A stretch of 64,000 nucleotides of DNA from Trypanosoma brucei (GCA_000002445.1 CP000071.1:1792001-1856000); one strand, 5' to 3'. Positions 10,670 to 22,347 are shown, counted from the stretch's first letter. A program made the numbers and translations. Notes: generated by a model from the sequence alone, not told the origin.

Positions 10670-10770
10670 GAACACCTACCGTTTCCTTTTTTTTTTGCGT
10701 TTACTGTCCGCTTTTGTTACGGCGTTCCGCAGTCCTATTTCGTCTGTTTCAAGTTGTATTTCCCATCACC
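10670..10770 (+). promoter_or_regulatory. Polypyrimidine tract upstream of the TBCD-like gene
   Basis: cgtttccttttttttttgcgtttactgtccgcttttgttacggcgttccgcagtcctatttcgtctgtttcaagttgtatttccc. Confidence 0.45.
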
Positions 10771-10874
10771 TAGTTCCCCAAACATACACACATACAAAAA
10801 AAAGTGGGGAAAGTAACGAATTAAATAAATAAATAAATATATATATATATATAGGTTTTACCCGCCACTTAGCG

Positions 10875-13800
10875 ATGGATGGTGAACAATTAGAAACAGA
10901 TCCCCTCACGGCACCATTGGGTGGAAGGAATGAAGATGAGGACATACCGGTGGAAGGAACCGACAAGGAGGGCGATAACGACTGCGGCCCGGCATTTTTT
11001 GAGGAAGAGGAAGAGTGTGCACAGCTTCTCGCGCGCGTACACGAAGCATGGAGGAATGAATCCAAACTCGAGGCACCACCGCATGCGGATGAAGGGGGAA
11101 AGACGTGGAATAAAACACTTCCCACCGCTGCTGAGGATCCGCAGGGTGTTGCAGTTGCATTGGAACGTTTTGAACGCATCATATCTGTATATCAAGAATC
11201 CCCACATTTGCTGCACAGCTACCTCGAGGAACTTCTTGGGCCACTTATGGTACTGTTGCAAGATTTGCTTACTGGGGCAGCAACCATCTGGCGCGCAGAG
11301 CAGAGGACGGAAGTTTGTACTGGTCCTCAGGCGGTAGGTGGTGAAGTGGTTTCACATGGTTTGGGTAGAAACTATGATGAATACGACGCGGATGCACCAA
11401 AGAGCTTCATACATCATGTTTGTCGTGCCATCTACGTAGTGGTTAAAACGGCTGGGGAGAAGTGTTGCACATCTTATTTTTCCAATGATGTGAGATTGTA
11501 TGAAGATGTCTTTTACGCACTGCGATGGTGGCAAGAGAGCGGTGAGGCACAACGGGAGTGGGAGGTACGCTACTGTTTGCTTCTCTGGCTATCTAACCTT
11601 GTACTTGTGCCCTTTTCCCTTACCATAATCGACTCTTCCACCAGTGGCAGTGGCTCCCTTTCCGATACGGTGCTGCAAACTGCTGTGGCGTTCCTGAGGG
11701 ACACATCGAAGTGTCGGGAGGGGGCTGCACTTCTCGTGGCGCGTTTATTGACCCGACCGGATAGTGAAGATCACCGTGTTTATTTTTTTGCTTACGCACA
11801 AAAGGTTGTAGCGGATCCCGCTAGTACCAACCTCCTCGTACACGGTGTTTTACTGGCACTAGCGAAGACCATGAAACTTGGGCAGCGAGGTGAGTTGGCT
11901 CCACATGCACCACAGCTTATTCCTAGCGTGACAGCTGTTTTCTCTAGAAGTGGGAGTGACACACTGCTGTGCAAGGCGGCGGTAAAGGTTGTGCAGAGGC
12001 TCGCGCTTTCCTTGCTTAGGAGTCGATCTGCACCGTGGAAATATTACAGGCATGTGGCTTCCCTATATCAAAACCTGAGCGGCTCAGACGGCCATGAGGC
12101 GACCGGTGGTAACAAGAATGATGAGGTGAATAATAATAATATGATTCATAGCAATGAGGAGGAAGGCGGGGAGGGATGTGAAGAGGACGATTACTTGCCT
12201 GAGGATTGTGGTTTGGAGGAAGCAATAGGATTGCTGCTGGATGCAGTGGGCCATAAGGACACGGTGGTGCGCTGGAGCGCTGCGAAGGGCATTGCGCGTG
12301 TTTGTGGGCGGCTCCCTCGTGCGATGGCGGGGGATGTCGTTGACGCACTCCTCGATGTGTTTAGCAACGAAAATTCGGATAGTGGTTGGCACGGAGGACT
12401 GCTGGCTTTGGCGGAACTCTGCCGCCGGAGCCTTCTTCCTGTCCAGAGGCTCGCAATGGTAGTTCAGTTTGCAACGAGAGGATTAGCGTTTGACTTGAGC
12501 AAAGGGACGTATAGCGTAGGGTCACACGTACGGGATGCCGCGTGCTACGTCTGCTGGTCAATTGCCCGCGCGTACAATGCGGTTGATATCGAGGAGCATG
12601 TACACAAACTGAGCACCTGCCTTGTTGTCACCTCCCTCTTTGACAGGGAAGTTCATGTGCGGCGTGCGGCGGCGGCGGCTTTTCAGGAATCTGTTGGCAG
12701 GTTAGGTAACTTCCCTGATGGTATTCGTCTGGTCACGACAATGGACTTCTTTTCCCTCGCCTCATTGCAGAATGCCTACCTTCATGTTGCACCGATCGTT
12801 GCGGAAAACGCGTCATATAGAGGCCGGATGCTCGAGGAGCTGGTGGCCGTTAAGCTTTTGCACTGGGACCGACGTGTACGGTGTTTTGCCTCACAGGCAC
12901 TCGGCCAGATTGGCGTCTTGGAGAGCCGAACAACTCTGGACGAGGTAACGCTGCAACTTCTGGGCCGGGTTACAAACGACACGGTGGCCATTCGGCACGG
13001 TGCTATCCTCGGCATAGCGGAACTCGTCAACCACTTGGATGTGCATTCATGGTCAAAGGAACTTATTTGTCAAATTGCGGGAATCATACCGCGGCTGGAT
13101 GCAGCGCGTTTGTTTCGTTCTCGTGGAGGTGAATATGTTCGACAAGCGTGCTGTCACCTGCTTGCGGCCGCTTCTCGTCGACATATGCCGCTGCCCGAAA
13201 CCGTTGAGGTGCAGAAGATGGGTGGAATGGTTGGACGTGCTAATACTTTGGCAAAAATGCAAGAGTTCTTTGAGGACACGTGGAAACAAATACTAGAATG
13301 GCTACAGTTTGATGCCGTGAATGCGTATGAAGAGTTTGCAGCAGCGTACTACACTGTGTTTGCCAACCCTTTCCATCATCAGGTACTGCACAAAATGTTG
13401 AGCGGATGTGAAGAAGGCCGCAACCCGATGGAGCGCCGTGGTAACATCCTTGCCACCGGAGCATTGCCATGGTCGGTGATATCTAAACACTCGAACCAAC
13501 CAAAGGGGGATGATGATGGCGTAGACGAAAGTGAAAAGGCTTATTTTATGATGATACTGAAAACAGCTATGGGTGCTACCAAGTTAGAAAAGTGCAAGGA
13601 GATGCAAGATGCTGAATCCCGAAGGAATGCTGTTCGTTCCCTGCGCACAACTTTGACGCGCATCCCTGAGGGAACCCCTCAGATGACCGTAGGTCTTTAC
13701 GAGTCTGTTGTGCAGCATATCGTTGCCACACTGGATGATTATGCGGCGGATCGGCGTGGTGACGTGGGGTCGTTTGTGCGACAGGAGGCTATTGGATCTC

Positions 13801-14906
13801 TTCCTGCTGTTGTGGAGTATGGGTTGAAAGTGAAGTGTTGCTCCAGTGCGTTGGTGGTGCGTGTAATACAGGCACTGCTAAAGCAGGCTATGGAGAAGTT
13901 GGATCGGTTGCGTGGGCGGGCTGTTGAGGCATTACAACAAATTGTATTTCTTCCAGGTGCGCTACCAAGCGAGGGCGGCAACAACACGGGGCTTACGCAT
14001 ATGGACAAGCAGGGCACATTTATTAGCGAAGAAGCGAACAGCGCTATGAGGAACAGTGAAATGATTTTAGCTGAAGAGGGGGAAAATTTACTTAACGACA
14101 CTAGCGTATTGGCCAAAGTGGTAACAATGGATCCCGCAGCAGACAAGTGCTCACCACAAAACGTTTTTACGGCTGTGGGACGCCCGTTACTTCTTACACG
14201 ACTGTTTGCATCATGTGTGGTCGAGGGTCTGGTTGTTTCCGCTGGATCCCTCTCTGTGCACATTATGCAACCAGCTGTTGACGCACTTCTGCATGCCTTC
14301 AGGGCATCGACAGAGGAAAGTGTCTATCTTTCATGGGTGTTAATTACGGTTGCTGCAAAACATGCGCACAACGAACGTGTTGTTGTGCCGCTTTGCGTTA
14401 CCGTGAGCCGCCTCATCAACGCATGTGTCTTCGATGAAGATCGTCATATAGATGTGGTGGAGATACTAAGGAGTGAATTGAAGTTTTTCGCCACGAACAT
14501 CCACGCACTGCTCCCACTTATTGGTGTGCTTGGGGACCTCTGTCGTAGTCCTGTTACTGCCGCGCGGCACGCCGCCTGGGGGCTAAGTCTTGTGATGCTC
14601 GCTAGCCGTTACCCGAAGGTCCGCGCTCGTATGGGGACTGACATGTACACTTCTCTCCTCGTACTTTCTGCAGCGGATACGACCCTCAATCTTGATAGGG
14701 CCATACAGCAGCTCACTGCGACACCGTGGGATGGAAACGATGCCACCAAAGTGCGTAGTGCAAGGGATGAACTGTACGGTGCACTCGGTATCGAAAAACC
14801 CTCAAAAGATGCTGCGACAGGCGATGCGGTGGAACATGAAAAGAAAAAAACAGCTCGAATGGTAGCCAGTTCATACCTTCATCTCGTACATGAGGCAGGG
14901 TACTGA
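10875..14906 (+). CDS. Large HEAT/ARM-repeat protein resembling tubulin-specific chaperone D (tubulin folding cofactor D)
   Basis: 1343 aa, helical-repeat throughout. The central block …DTVVRWSAAKGIARVCGRLPRAMAGDVVDALLDVFSNENSDSGWHGGLLALAELCRRSLLP… matches my recollection of the conserved TBCD core. This needs HMM confirmation. Confidence 0.5.
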   Translation: MDGEQLETDPLTAPLGGRNEDEDIPVEGTDKEGDNDCGPAFFEEEEECAQLLARVHEAWRNESKLEAPPHADEGGKTWNKTLPTAAEDPQGVAVALERFERIISVYQESPHLLHSYLEELLGPLMVLLQDLLTGAATIWRAEQRTEVCTGPQAVGGEVVSHGLGRNYDEYDADAPKSFIHHVCRAIYVVVKTAGEKCCTSYFSNDVRLYEDVFYALRWWQESGEAQREWEVRYCLLLWLSNLVLVPFSLTIIDSSTSGSGSLSDTVLQTAVAFLRDTSKCREGAALLVARLLTRPDSEDHRVYFFAYAQKVVADPASTNLLVHGVLLALAKTMKLGQRGELAPHAPQLIPSVTAVFSRSGSDTLLCKAAVKVVQRLALSLLRSRSAPWKYYRHVASLYQNLSGSDGHEATGGNKNDEVNNNNMIHSNEEEGGEGCEEDDYLPEDCGLEEAIGLLLDAVGHKDTVVRWSAAKGIARVCGRLPRAMAGDVVDALLDVFSNENSDSGWHGGLLALAELCRRSLLPVQRLAMVVQFATRGLAFDLSKGTYSVGSHVRDAACYVCWSIARAYNAVDIEEHVHKLSTCLVVTSLFDREVHVRRAAAAAFQESVGRLGNFPDGIRLVTTMDFFSLASLQNAYLHVAPIVAENASYRGRMLEELVAVKLLHWDRRVRCFASQALGQIGVLESRTTLDEVTLQLLGRVTNDTVAIRHGAILGIAELVNHLDVHSWSKELICQIAGIIPRLDAARLFRSRGGEYVRQACCHLLAAASRRHMPLPETVEVQKMGGMVGRANTLAKMQEFFEDTWKQILEWLQFDAVNAYEEFAAAYYTVFANPFHHQVLHKMLSGCEEGRNPMERRGNILATGALPWSVISKHSNQPKGDDDGVDESEKAYFMMILKTAMGATKLEKCKEMQDAESRRNAVRSLRTTLTRIPEGTPQMTVGLYESVVQHIVATLDDYAADRRGDVGSFVRQEAIGSLPAVVEYGLKVKCCSSALVVRVIQALLKQAMEKLDRLRGRAVEALQQIVFLPGALPSEGGNNTGLTHMDKQGTFISEEANSAMRNSEMILAEEGENLLNDTSVLAKVVTMDPAADKCSPQNVFTAVGRPLLLTRLFASCVVEGLVVSAGSLSVHIMQPAVDALLHAFRASTEESVYLSWVLITVAAKHAHNERVVVPLCVTVSRLINACVFDEDRHIDVVEILRSELKFFATNIHALLPLIGVLGDLCRSPVTAARHAAWGLSLVMLASRYPKVRARMGTDMYTSLLVLSAADTTLNLDRAIQQLTATPWDGNDATKVRSARDELYGALGIEKPSKDAATGDAVEHEKKKTARMVASSYLHLVHEAGY

Positions 14907-15012
14907 AGGGGAGAGGATCCCATGCACATCCTATAGTGGAGCTATATTTTTTAAAGGGGAAAGAGATAAAACAGGTAAATAAAACAGTTAAGCCTATTTG
15001 TTCTTCTTTCCA

Positions 15013-15036
15013 TATATATATATATATATATATATG
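15013..15036. repeat. (TA)12 microsatellite
   Basis: tatatatatatatatatatatata in the TBCD-VPS34 spacer. Confidence 0.8.
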
Positions 15037-15394
15037 GTGTCGTTTCCTTATCGAATTCTTAATTTGTTGTTGCTCATTCCCCCTTTTCCTTGTTATCAGC
15101 GCTGGATTCACGTTGGTGGGCCTTTAAGTAATGGACGAAAGGGGACATGGTCAAAAATAACGAAGCAACTATCATAAACAATGAAAGACAGAGAGGAAAC
15201 TGTGGAACAGTCCCATCTGTCGAAAAGACACTTCGCCGCTCCGACGAGTAACGTTGCCAATCGCAAAGGTGAGCTCTTGTGTGTAAAGGTGGGTTTGCAT
15301 TACACTGTCCAAACGCGTTTCATAAATCATAATTCTTTTCTTATGAGTGCCTCGCGCATATAGTGCACTGACACCACCTTCGCATGCTCCGTTT

Positions 15395-15560
15395 GTTTCC
15401 CTTTTTGCTGTTTTATACTTCCCTTTTTTTTTTTGCTTTCTAAATGCCAGTGCTTTTGCACGTCTGGCGGGGTAGCGTACTGCCGGGCCAACACTGTACA
15501 CAACCCTTAGCGGTCCGCCGGCGTTTCCCCCTTTTTTTCTAGTAGCATTTGTCCTTGTTA
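15395..15560 (+). promoter_or_regulatory. Extended polypyrimidine region between the TBCD-like gene and VPS34 (candidate polyA/SL-addition signals)
   Basis: …ccgtttgtttccctttttgctgttttatacttccctttttttttttgctttc… and …cgtttccccctttttttctag… lie within the 683-bp spacer. Confidence 0.5.
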
Positions 15561-15589
15561 GGGACGGAACTCTTTGCGACTCAGCTAAC

Positions 15590-18439
15590 ATGGCCACGAA
15601 CGAGGACACCGTTGCTTACACACTGAAAGAGGAAAACTGCGGCACGCTTCGTGGGGCGCCACCCAGCAATGAGTTTTTGCTTGCGAACGACATGGAAGAA
15701 CCGTTTATGGTTCACCTTTGCGCAGTTGATGGGTACGCAAGATGGTGTCGCAGAAGAAATGAAGAGACCAGACGACGGTGTAACGGTAACGGTGGTGAGG
15801 GCGAGGGGAGGAATAATTCCTCTTTCAATAGTGCTTTTACCCCCTATGGGCAGCTTGTTGGGTCTATGTCATCTTTGCCGCTGCGTGGCGAGGCGCACTA
15901 TCCGAGTTACAGTGAAGATGATACACTGTGTGTCACTCTCCAGATGTTCCACATGGGGATGCCCATCACACCGATCCTGCAGTCGTCCCACACATATGGT
16001 TGTCACCAAAGGTTGGAAGAGTGGATTATCTTTCCCATAGCCATACAAGATATCCCACTTGACGCTTTGGTTCACTGTCATGTGTATGCACCCCACGGCC
16101 TGGTAGGGCGCACATCTTTTCACCCATTCACGGCTTGCGGTGAGTTAAAGACAGGTAGGCGGCGCTACGAACTTCAGGCGGGTACTGCTGCTGGTACCGA
16201 ACGTGCTGACCACGACGATTCCGATAGTGTCAATGGTAATAAGCGCGCGCCAAGTCGCATGGGGATGAACCCACAAGAGCTGATGCTACGCGATCTTCGG
16301 CGCGGCCTCGTCCCTCAAATACCGTGGATGGACAAGATGATTAAGCGGCAGGTGGGAGAGCTGCAGACAAAAAACGACGAGACCACAGGGTCACAGTCAA
16401 TAGCGCTTTCAGTGTTGTTTCCATCAACAAATGGTGATCAACGGGTGTTTCTTCTCTCAGCACCGCGGGATAAACTTCCGGCTAGCATTGTTTCACTTAT
16501 CCCTCCCCCGGATAGAGTGGTAACAAGTCGGACTTCCCCGTTCGCCGCACTTGCAGCTACACCTAAACAACCTTACGTTGATTTGTGTGTCGACGACGAG
16601 AATCTTTGTGAGGCTAAGGTGGCCGCTCTGTCCAATCCGAGGCTTTTTCTTTCCAGTGCGAACACACAGCCTGGGCCTGTTGAGCGGGCTCAACTGAAAG
16701 AAATTGCTCAAAAACCACTGATTCACCTTGAGGAACTGAAGTTAGGCGAAAGGACTCTTCTTTGTCGGTTCCGACATTTCCTCACACGAGATCCAGCTTA
16801 TTTTGTGCCTTTTATGCGGTCGGTGAATTGGGATGATAAAATTGAGAAGCGAGAGGCCTTGAAGGTTATGCAGCAGTGGAAACCTATCGGTTTCACTCAG
16901 GCGTTGATTTGTTTGTCCTTTTACTTTCGCAAGGTGGTGGACGTCCGTATTTACGCAATTAATGTGCTAGACAAAAGTTCGGATGACCGTCTGTTTCGAT
17001 TCTTGATCCAACTTGTGCAAGGTGTGAGGTACGATGTTAATGGCGAACTGGAAACGTTTTTGCTTCGGCGGGCCGCGAATTGTTGGGAAATTTGCTCCAA
17101 TCTATTCTGGTATGTGCTGACAGAGGCCTCATTGGGTAGCGGAAACTCCCAAGGAGATGGGCAGCGCTATGGAGATGGGCAGGAGGAACGGTACACTACC
17201 TTCCTTCAGAATATCAAGGCTACGCTGCAGCGGACAAAACCGTGCTTCCTTCAGCGGATTCATCAACAGGTGAAGCTTATGGGTACGCTGCGCACGTTAA
17301 ACAAGTCACTATTGAAGGCCAGTGACCGGGTCAAACGAATGGAACTTGCCACGTCACTCATTGACAGCAAAGAATGCGGTATTCGGGAGCTATTCTTCCC
17401 ATCTCCCATCTCCTCCCTCTCCGAGGACCCGAGAGAGACGGCAGCAGTGCAGGGACGCATTGTCACCCTGCCAACGCACCCCAGTGCAGTAGTGGAGGAT
17501 ATCATCTCAGAGGGGTTTTATATGTTCAAGAGCGCCATGATGCCCATCAAGGTCCCTTTTGTCCTCCACCCAGAACCCCTAGGCAGCAACACTTGTCACC
17601 GCAGTCCAGTAGTGGAAGATGGAACAAACACGGGACCAAGCACTGTCCCAGTAACAGTTTCTAGGCCCGAAGGTGGGTTGCTGTTCAAAGTGGGTGATGA
17701 TGTGCGACAGGATCAACTCGTCGTTCAACTCGTGCAGCTCATTGACATGATACTGCGACAGGATGGGCTTGACCTCTGCCTTTGCCCGTACCGCGTTATT
17801 GCCACAGGCCCAACAGAAGGTTTGGTAGAGTTAATCCCTAACGTTGTTACTCTCCAAAGCGTGCAGCGTGATATCACAGGGTTCATTCGTTCGCGCAATC
17901 AGAGTCAGGAGGGATACACAGCGGCTATGTCACGTTTCACCAAAAGCTGCGCTGGTTATTGTGTTCTAACGTTTATATTAGGTATCGGCGATCGGCACCT
18001 TGAGAACATCCTGCTAACACACGATGGTCGCCTACTGCACATCGACTTCGGCTACATCCTTGGAAACGACCCCAAGCCGTTCCCGCCTCCAATGAAAATC
18101 AATAAGGAAATGGTGGAGGCACTCGGTGGCCCGCAGAGTACCGGCTATATGGAGTTCAAGTCGTACTGCTGTAGTTCGTATAACATAATTCGAGAGCATG
18201 CACAGGTTATTTTGAGCATGCTCTTGCTCATGGTAGATGCCTCTATTCCGCATATATCAGGCGATGGTAAGGTGGATCCGCGTGTCAACCTGTTGAAGGT
18301 GCAGGAGAAACTAAGGTTGGATCTCTCCAATGCAGAAGCATCGCAGTACATCCAAAATGTCATAGCTGATAGTGTGGGGTCTATTTTCACTAACCTCTGG
18401 GATGTTTTACATGCCGCCGCTCAGGCGCGGCGGGCCTAA
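15590..18439 (+). CDS. VPS34: Phosphatidylinositol 3-kinase, class III (Vps34)
   Basis: 949 aa. C-terminal PI3K/PI4K catalytic domain with …FKVGDDVRQDQLVVQLVQLIDMIL… (the conserved GDD(L/V)RQD motif), the catalytic loop …GIGDRHLENILL… and the activation loop HIDFGYILG. The helical (accessory) domain lies upstream of the kinase domain. Confidence 0.85.
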   Translation: MATNEDTVAYTLKEENCGTLRGAPPSNEFLLANDMEEPFMVHLCAVDGYARWCRRRNEETRRRCNGNGGEGEGRNNSSFNSAFTPYGQLVGSMSSLPLRGEAHYPSYSEDDTLCVTLQMFHMGMPITPILQSSHTYGCHQRLEEWIIFPIAIQDIPLDALVHCHVYAPHGLVGRTSFHPFTACGELKTGRRRYELQAGTAAGTERADHDDSDSVNGNKRAPSRMGMNPQELMLRDLRRGLVPQIPWMDKMIKRQVGELQTKNDETTGSQSIALSVLFPSTNGDQRVFLLSAPRDKLPASIVSLIPPPDRVVTSRTSPFAALAATPKQPYVDLCVDDENLCEAKVAALSNPRLFLSSANTQPGPVERAQLKEIAQKPLIHLEELKLGERTLLCRFRHFLTRDPAYFVPFMRSVNWDDKIEKREALKVMQQWKPIGFTQALICLSFYFRKVVDVRIYAINVLDKSSDDRLFRFLIQLVQGVRYDVNGELETFLLRRAANCWEICSNLFWYVLTEASLGSGNSQGDGQRYGDGQEERYTTFLQNIKATLQRTKPCFLQRIHQQVKLMGTLRTLNKSLLKASDRVKRMELATSLIDSKECGIRELFFPSPISSLSEDPRETAAVQGRIVTLPTHPSAVVEDIISEGFYMFKSAMMPIKVPFVLHPEPLGSNTCHRSPVVEDGTNTGPSTVPVTVSRPEGGLLFKVGDDVRQDQLVVQLVQLIDMILRQDGLDLCLCPYRVIATGPTEGLVELIPNVVTLQSVQRDITGFIRSRNQSQEGYTAAMSRFTKSCAGYCVLTFILGIGDRHLENILLTHDGRLLHIDFGYILGNDPKPFPPPMKINKEMVEALGGPQSTGYMEFKSYCCSSYNIIREHAQVILSMLLLMVDASIPHISGDGKVDPRVNLLKVQEKLRLDLSNAEASQYIQNVIADSVGSIFTNLWDVLHAAAQARRA

Positions 18440-18912
18440 AGGCTCACACTTGGTGGACGATCTTTAACCGGTGACGGGTTGAGAAAAGAATGAGGCTGAA
18501 CAGGTCGTGTGCACACGTGGAAGTGTGCGGCTCGCTACATATGTTATTTCTTTCAGTGCAGTTTTGAGGAGTGTTGTTACGGGGAATGGTGTCTGGAAGA
18601 CTGAGTGTTGGCACCGAATGTGCCACCCTGTGCTCAGAAACTTGTGTGAAATCGCTTGTCTCTTTTGCTAACATTGCCACATCCGACGTACGCATTTTCA
18701 TGCCTACGGAGTTGTCAACATGGAAACGGAAAAGGGTGCGTTTGTCTTCCTAAGTGCTACTTCACCCGGCATACATCGCTTTGCATAGTCAGCAGGTGTT
18801 GTCAAATGTGTCTCTCTTTGCTCGCGTCACCTCTCTGCCTATGTTCCTTTCGTCATGTTGTTGATTGCTCATCCATATTTGGGTAAATGATAAAGGTTTC
18901 TGTCAATTCTTT

Positions 18913-20631
18913 ATGAAACGGGGTAGTGATGGATGTGGTCCGGATGCTTCCCACCCCAGTTTGTGTTTTCATCGCGAAGTACTGACTTGTCTACAGTGGT
19001 CTGTCATCCGCCGTGACTTTCTGGAGAAATTACGATTTACTCCACTGCTTCGGTTCGCTGAACCAAATAAGCTGTGGCGCCACAGTAATGAGGCGCTCGG
19101 AAAGTGGATCCTCTCACAGGTGGCACGGGACACATCCAATGGGATGACATCAAACGATATTATTGCATCCACTTCAAGCAGTTGCATCACACCCTCACTC
19201 AGTTGTGCGATGTCGTCTTTCTTTCCTTCCGATGATGCGTTATCACGTGGAACTTATGATGAGCAACTCATTCGTGACCTCTCGATGAAGTGTACAACCC
19301 CCAGCAACCAAGAAACCATTAAGTGCATCACACAGCTAGTGAAGGAGTTCAACCTTGCGGAGCGTTGCAAGAGAGCCACATCAGAGGTCCAGAGACAAAT
19401 GGCGAATGTAACCCTTTCATCGGTCTGCGTTCCAGTCATCCGCACCATAGCAGCAAACGATGAGAAGAACCGCACGGCTGTGCAGAGGCGTATACAAGGT
19501 GCGATTGCCACTATTGACGTGGTGTGGTCCAGGAACATTCCAAGGGATGCTCGATCGGGTTGTCCCCAGGTTTCTATCCCACTTGCCGCGTACAAAAAGC
19601 TTGACATGAGTTATCGCCAATTCGGTGGCAAGAGCGATGAGGAAAAGTATCCACGACTCAGTTATGAAAAGTGTTTTACTTTGCGAGCAGCAACATTGGC
19701 GCTTCGGTATGAGTGTTGCTTGGCAACGGGATCTCTGCAGCTGTGTGCAGACCTGCGATTGAAACAACACCTTCACGCTAACGGTTACCGAGTCATAGAT
19801 TTATGTGCTTCGCCCATCAACGCGTATATGGGGGAACCCAAGGAGGGTTCCTATCTTGTAGGCGAGAGTCGCGCTGAAGAGAAATCATCCAGTGAGGTCA
19901 ATGACTCCTTTATTGGGTGTGAAAACACCCCAAATCACTTCTGTAGTGCATTTCCCGATACGGACTGCTACTTTGGAAGTCTGGGGAGTGTGCTCAAATT
20001 TGACGTTGTACAGGCGTATAATACGCCCCAAATTAACCCGGATAAACGTCCGCTCCTTCTTACCCTTGATGTTCCGTACGACGAGGATCTCTGTGAAAGA
20101 ATCTTTCTAAAGTTGGTCAGTGATATGAAGCGCGTCGAGACCGAATTGGCAACGATGGAAGGAAGTGTTAACACCGACTTGGTTGTTGCAGATTATGTGT
20201 TGGTGTTGCCTCTTTGGTGGGAAGTTCCACTAGAGATCAAGAAGCGGCTCTTTTCGTGTCCAAATGGTAGCGGGGAAGAGGCCTCGGCAACCGGTAACAT
20301 TGAGGGTAAGGAAGATGAGGAAGAGGTACTTAAGAGAGTTATTAGGGAACGCAGTGCGTTGTTGAAGGAGGGTCATGTGCTTCCTTATGAATGGCCGGTG
20401 AAGTTGGCGGCAGCGGCTGGTGAGAAGTGGCCGTGTTTTGACGGTGTTTTCGTGGGAGGTAGTTATGAGTACTTTTGCACCATCACAAACAAGCGCCTCT
20501 CCGGTGTGACGGCTACGGAGGTGATTGGGTTGGAGCAACCGCGGAGTGTTCGTGGCGGTAACTCGTTGCCTTCGTTGCGTACCTCACTTGACAGCTTCTA
20601 CGGACGGCAGGTGACGGCGGCCGGACGGTGA
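18913..20631 (+). CDS. Hypothetical protein (about 573 aa)
   Basis: Long + strand ORF. The track start at 18865 is a TTG; the first in-frame ATG is at 18913 (MKRGSDG…). I recognise no domain. Cys-rich N-terminal third. Confidence 0.5.
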   Translation: MKRGSDGCGPDASHPSLCFHREVLTCLQWSVIRRDFLEKLRFTPLLRFAEPNKLWRHSNEALGKWILSQVARDTSNGMTSNDIIASTSSSCITPSLSCAMSSFFPSDDALSRGTYDEQLIRDLSMKCTTPSNQETIKCITQLVKEFNLAERCKRATSEVQRQMANVTLSSVCVPVIRTIAANDEKNRTAVQRRIQGAIATIDVVWSRNIPRDARSGCPQVSIPLAAYKKLDMSYRQFGGKSDEEKYPRLSYEKCFTLRAATLALRYECCLATGSLQLCADLRLKQHLHANGYRVIDLCASPINAYMGEPKEGSYLVGESRAEEKSSSEVNDSFIGCENTPNHFCSAFPDTDCYFGSLGSVLKFDVVQAYNTPQINPDKRPLLLTLDVPYDEDLCERIFLKLVSDMKRVETELATMEGSVNTDLVVADYVLVLPLWWEVPLEIKKRLFSCPNGSGEEASATGNIEGKEDEEEVLKRVIRERSALLKEGHVLPYEWPVKLAAAAGEKWPCFDGVFVGGSYEYFCTITNKRLSGVTATEVIGLEQPRSVRGGNSLPSLRTSLDSFYGRQVTAAGR

Positions 20632-20958
20632 GTAATGTGAAAGCGAAGACTGAGAGGGGTCGTGTCACCTCACCGAACGTAGGTGTTGTGTGCACATACA
20701 TGGGGAGGGCTATTTGATGGTGGTGTGATTTTCTCTCTGTTTGTTAACCCCTCCAGTATATAAGCCACGAGAGAGGTATGACGAGAACAACGTTTGGTCA
20801 TTCCCTTCCTCCTCCTTCAACTTTTTTTCCGTTATTTTCTTTTAGGTGTTTAATCGTTGCTAGTCGTTGCGCCTAGGGCCTCAAAAGGAAGTGAAATTGG
20901 TGAAAGTCACTGCTGAAAGGGTCCTTCTTTTTGTCGTCGCAGTTAAGCAAAGGCACAC

Positions 20959-21948
20959 ATGGTCCGCTGGGGTGGTCCACGCTTCGAGTTCTACTTCACC
21001 CGCGACTTCTTGAACCACGAGTACCTTATAAAAAAGGAGGAAGCGCAGCGCGCGGCATTCATCCATAGTAAGCGGGAACATGAAAGGGCAAAAGAGGACG
21101 CTCGGTTTGCTGAAGCTGAACAGAAGAAGGCTCAACTCCAGGAAGAGGCCCAGCGACTAATGTCTGCAGAGGTGGAGGAGGCCGCCCGCCGCGCTGCTGC
21201 GGAAGCCGCAGCTCAAAACACTGCACATGCACGGCGACTCCGACGCCTGAAGGAATTGGCGGTTCCTGTCATTCGCGGGAGCTCTGCTCATTCCGCTGGA
21301 AGCCACGGTTGCGTGATGTACCCAACTCCGAAAGGTGTGCCTCTTCCTATGGGTCGCGACAGGGCTCCCTACACTCCAGGGGTTGATCGTCACCGTATTG
21401 TGCCACCCCCACCGGAACCTGGCGCCCATAAACCATGGCAAGGCAGTGGAACGGCATGGATGACGGATAAGAACAATGACTGGCAGAAACAGTACTACTT
21501 CACCAAGTCCAAGCGACCCGCGGAAACTCTGAGGGAGCGGAGGGCGTGCATTGATAAGATGGAGCGGTGTCACACCAATGAAGGTGCAGCAAAGAAGCCA
21601 CCAGTGAACCAAGACGAAAGTCCCGCAAATGACCAACGTGAAATTCCCACATTTGGGACAGAGAGGCAGCATGATGAGATGGGATCGGAAAGTGAATCAG
21701 AGCGCCCACTTTCAATCTTCTCCCACGGAAGTTCCAATGCTCCCATTAGGGCGTTAGGTACGCAGCACATGGGGGATATTTCCACGAAGGAGGAGGTACG
21801 AGAGTTCCTAAGGCGGTACCCAACAGGTGTGGTGCCGCCCAGGGACCGGAGGGCAGCTCCACCTAATTTCAATGGCATGAATCTCACGGAGCTCACATCT
21901 TCCCTAATCAAAATGCAGAAGTGTAATTTGTGCGGTGGACATCCGTAG
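20959..21948 (+). CDS. Hypothetical protein with a charged/coiled N-terminal region and a Pro-rich middle
   Basis: 329-aa ATG-initiated + strand ORF between polypyrimidine tracts. …KEEAQRAAFIHSKREHERAKEDARFAEAEQKKAQLQEEAQRLMSAEVEEAARRAAAEAAAQ… predicts a coiled/charged helix. Confidence 0.5.
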   Translation: MVRWGGPRFEFYFTRDFLNHEYLIKKEEAQRAAFIHSKREHERAKEDARFAEAEQKKAQLQEEAQRLMSAEVEEAARRAAAEAAAQNTAHARRLRRLKELAVPVIRGSSAHSAGSHGCVMYPTPKGVPLPMGRDRAPYTPGVDRHRIVPPPPEPGAHKPWQGSGTAWMTDKNNDWQKQYYFTKSKRPAETLRERRACIDKMERCHTNEGAAKKPPVNQDESPANDQREIPTFGTERQHDEMGSESESERPLSIFSHGSSNAPIRALGTQHMGDISTKEEVREFLRRYPTGVVPPRDRRAAPPNFNGMNLTELTSSLIKMQKCNLCGGHP

Positions 21949-22347
21949 TAGAGATATTTGTACCCTTTCACCCCCTCTTCATGTATTATACTCAACGACA
22001 GTGGTAGAAGAAAAACTGTTTCTCTCGACACCTACGCTGACAAAGTAGGGGATGTGGTGTGCCTTTGGAATCATCCATGAAGAAAAGGTAGCGATACCGA
22101 AGTTAGGTAGAAGAGTTTCGGATATATATTTTTTATTGTTGGTGGTGGTTCACTCTTTGTTCATCCCGTTTGTTCTCTTTCTCTACGCTTCACTTCTGTA
22201 CGATAGAGGATAAGCAGCTAGATAGCGCCAATCAGTGACATCGACACGTCACATACGGCACACGCGTAATCCTTGAAAAAAGTAAAAAAAAAAGTTCGCT
22301 AGAAGGATACAAGAGACAAACACCCATACAATTACAAAACCAAAAAA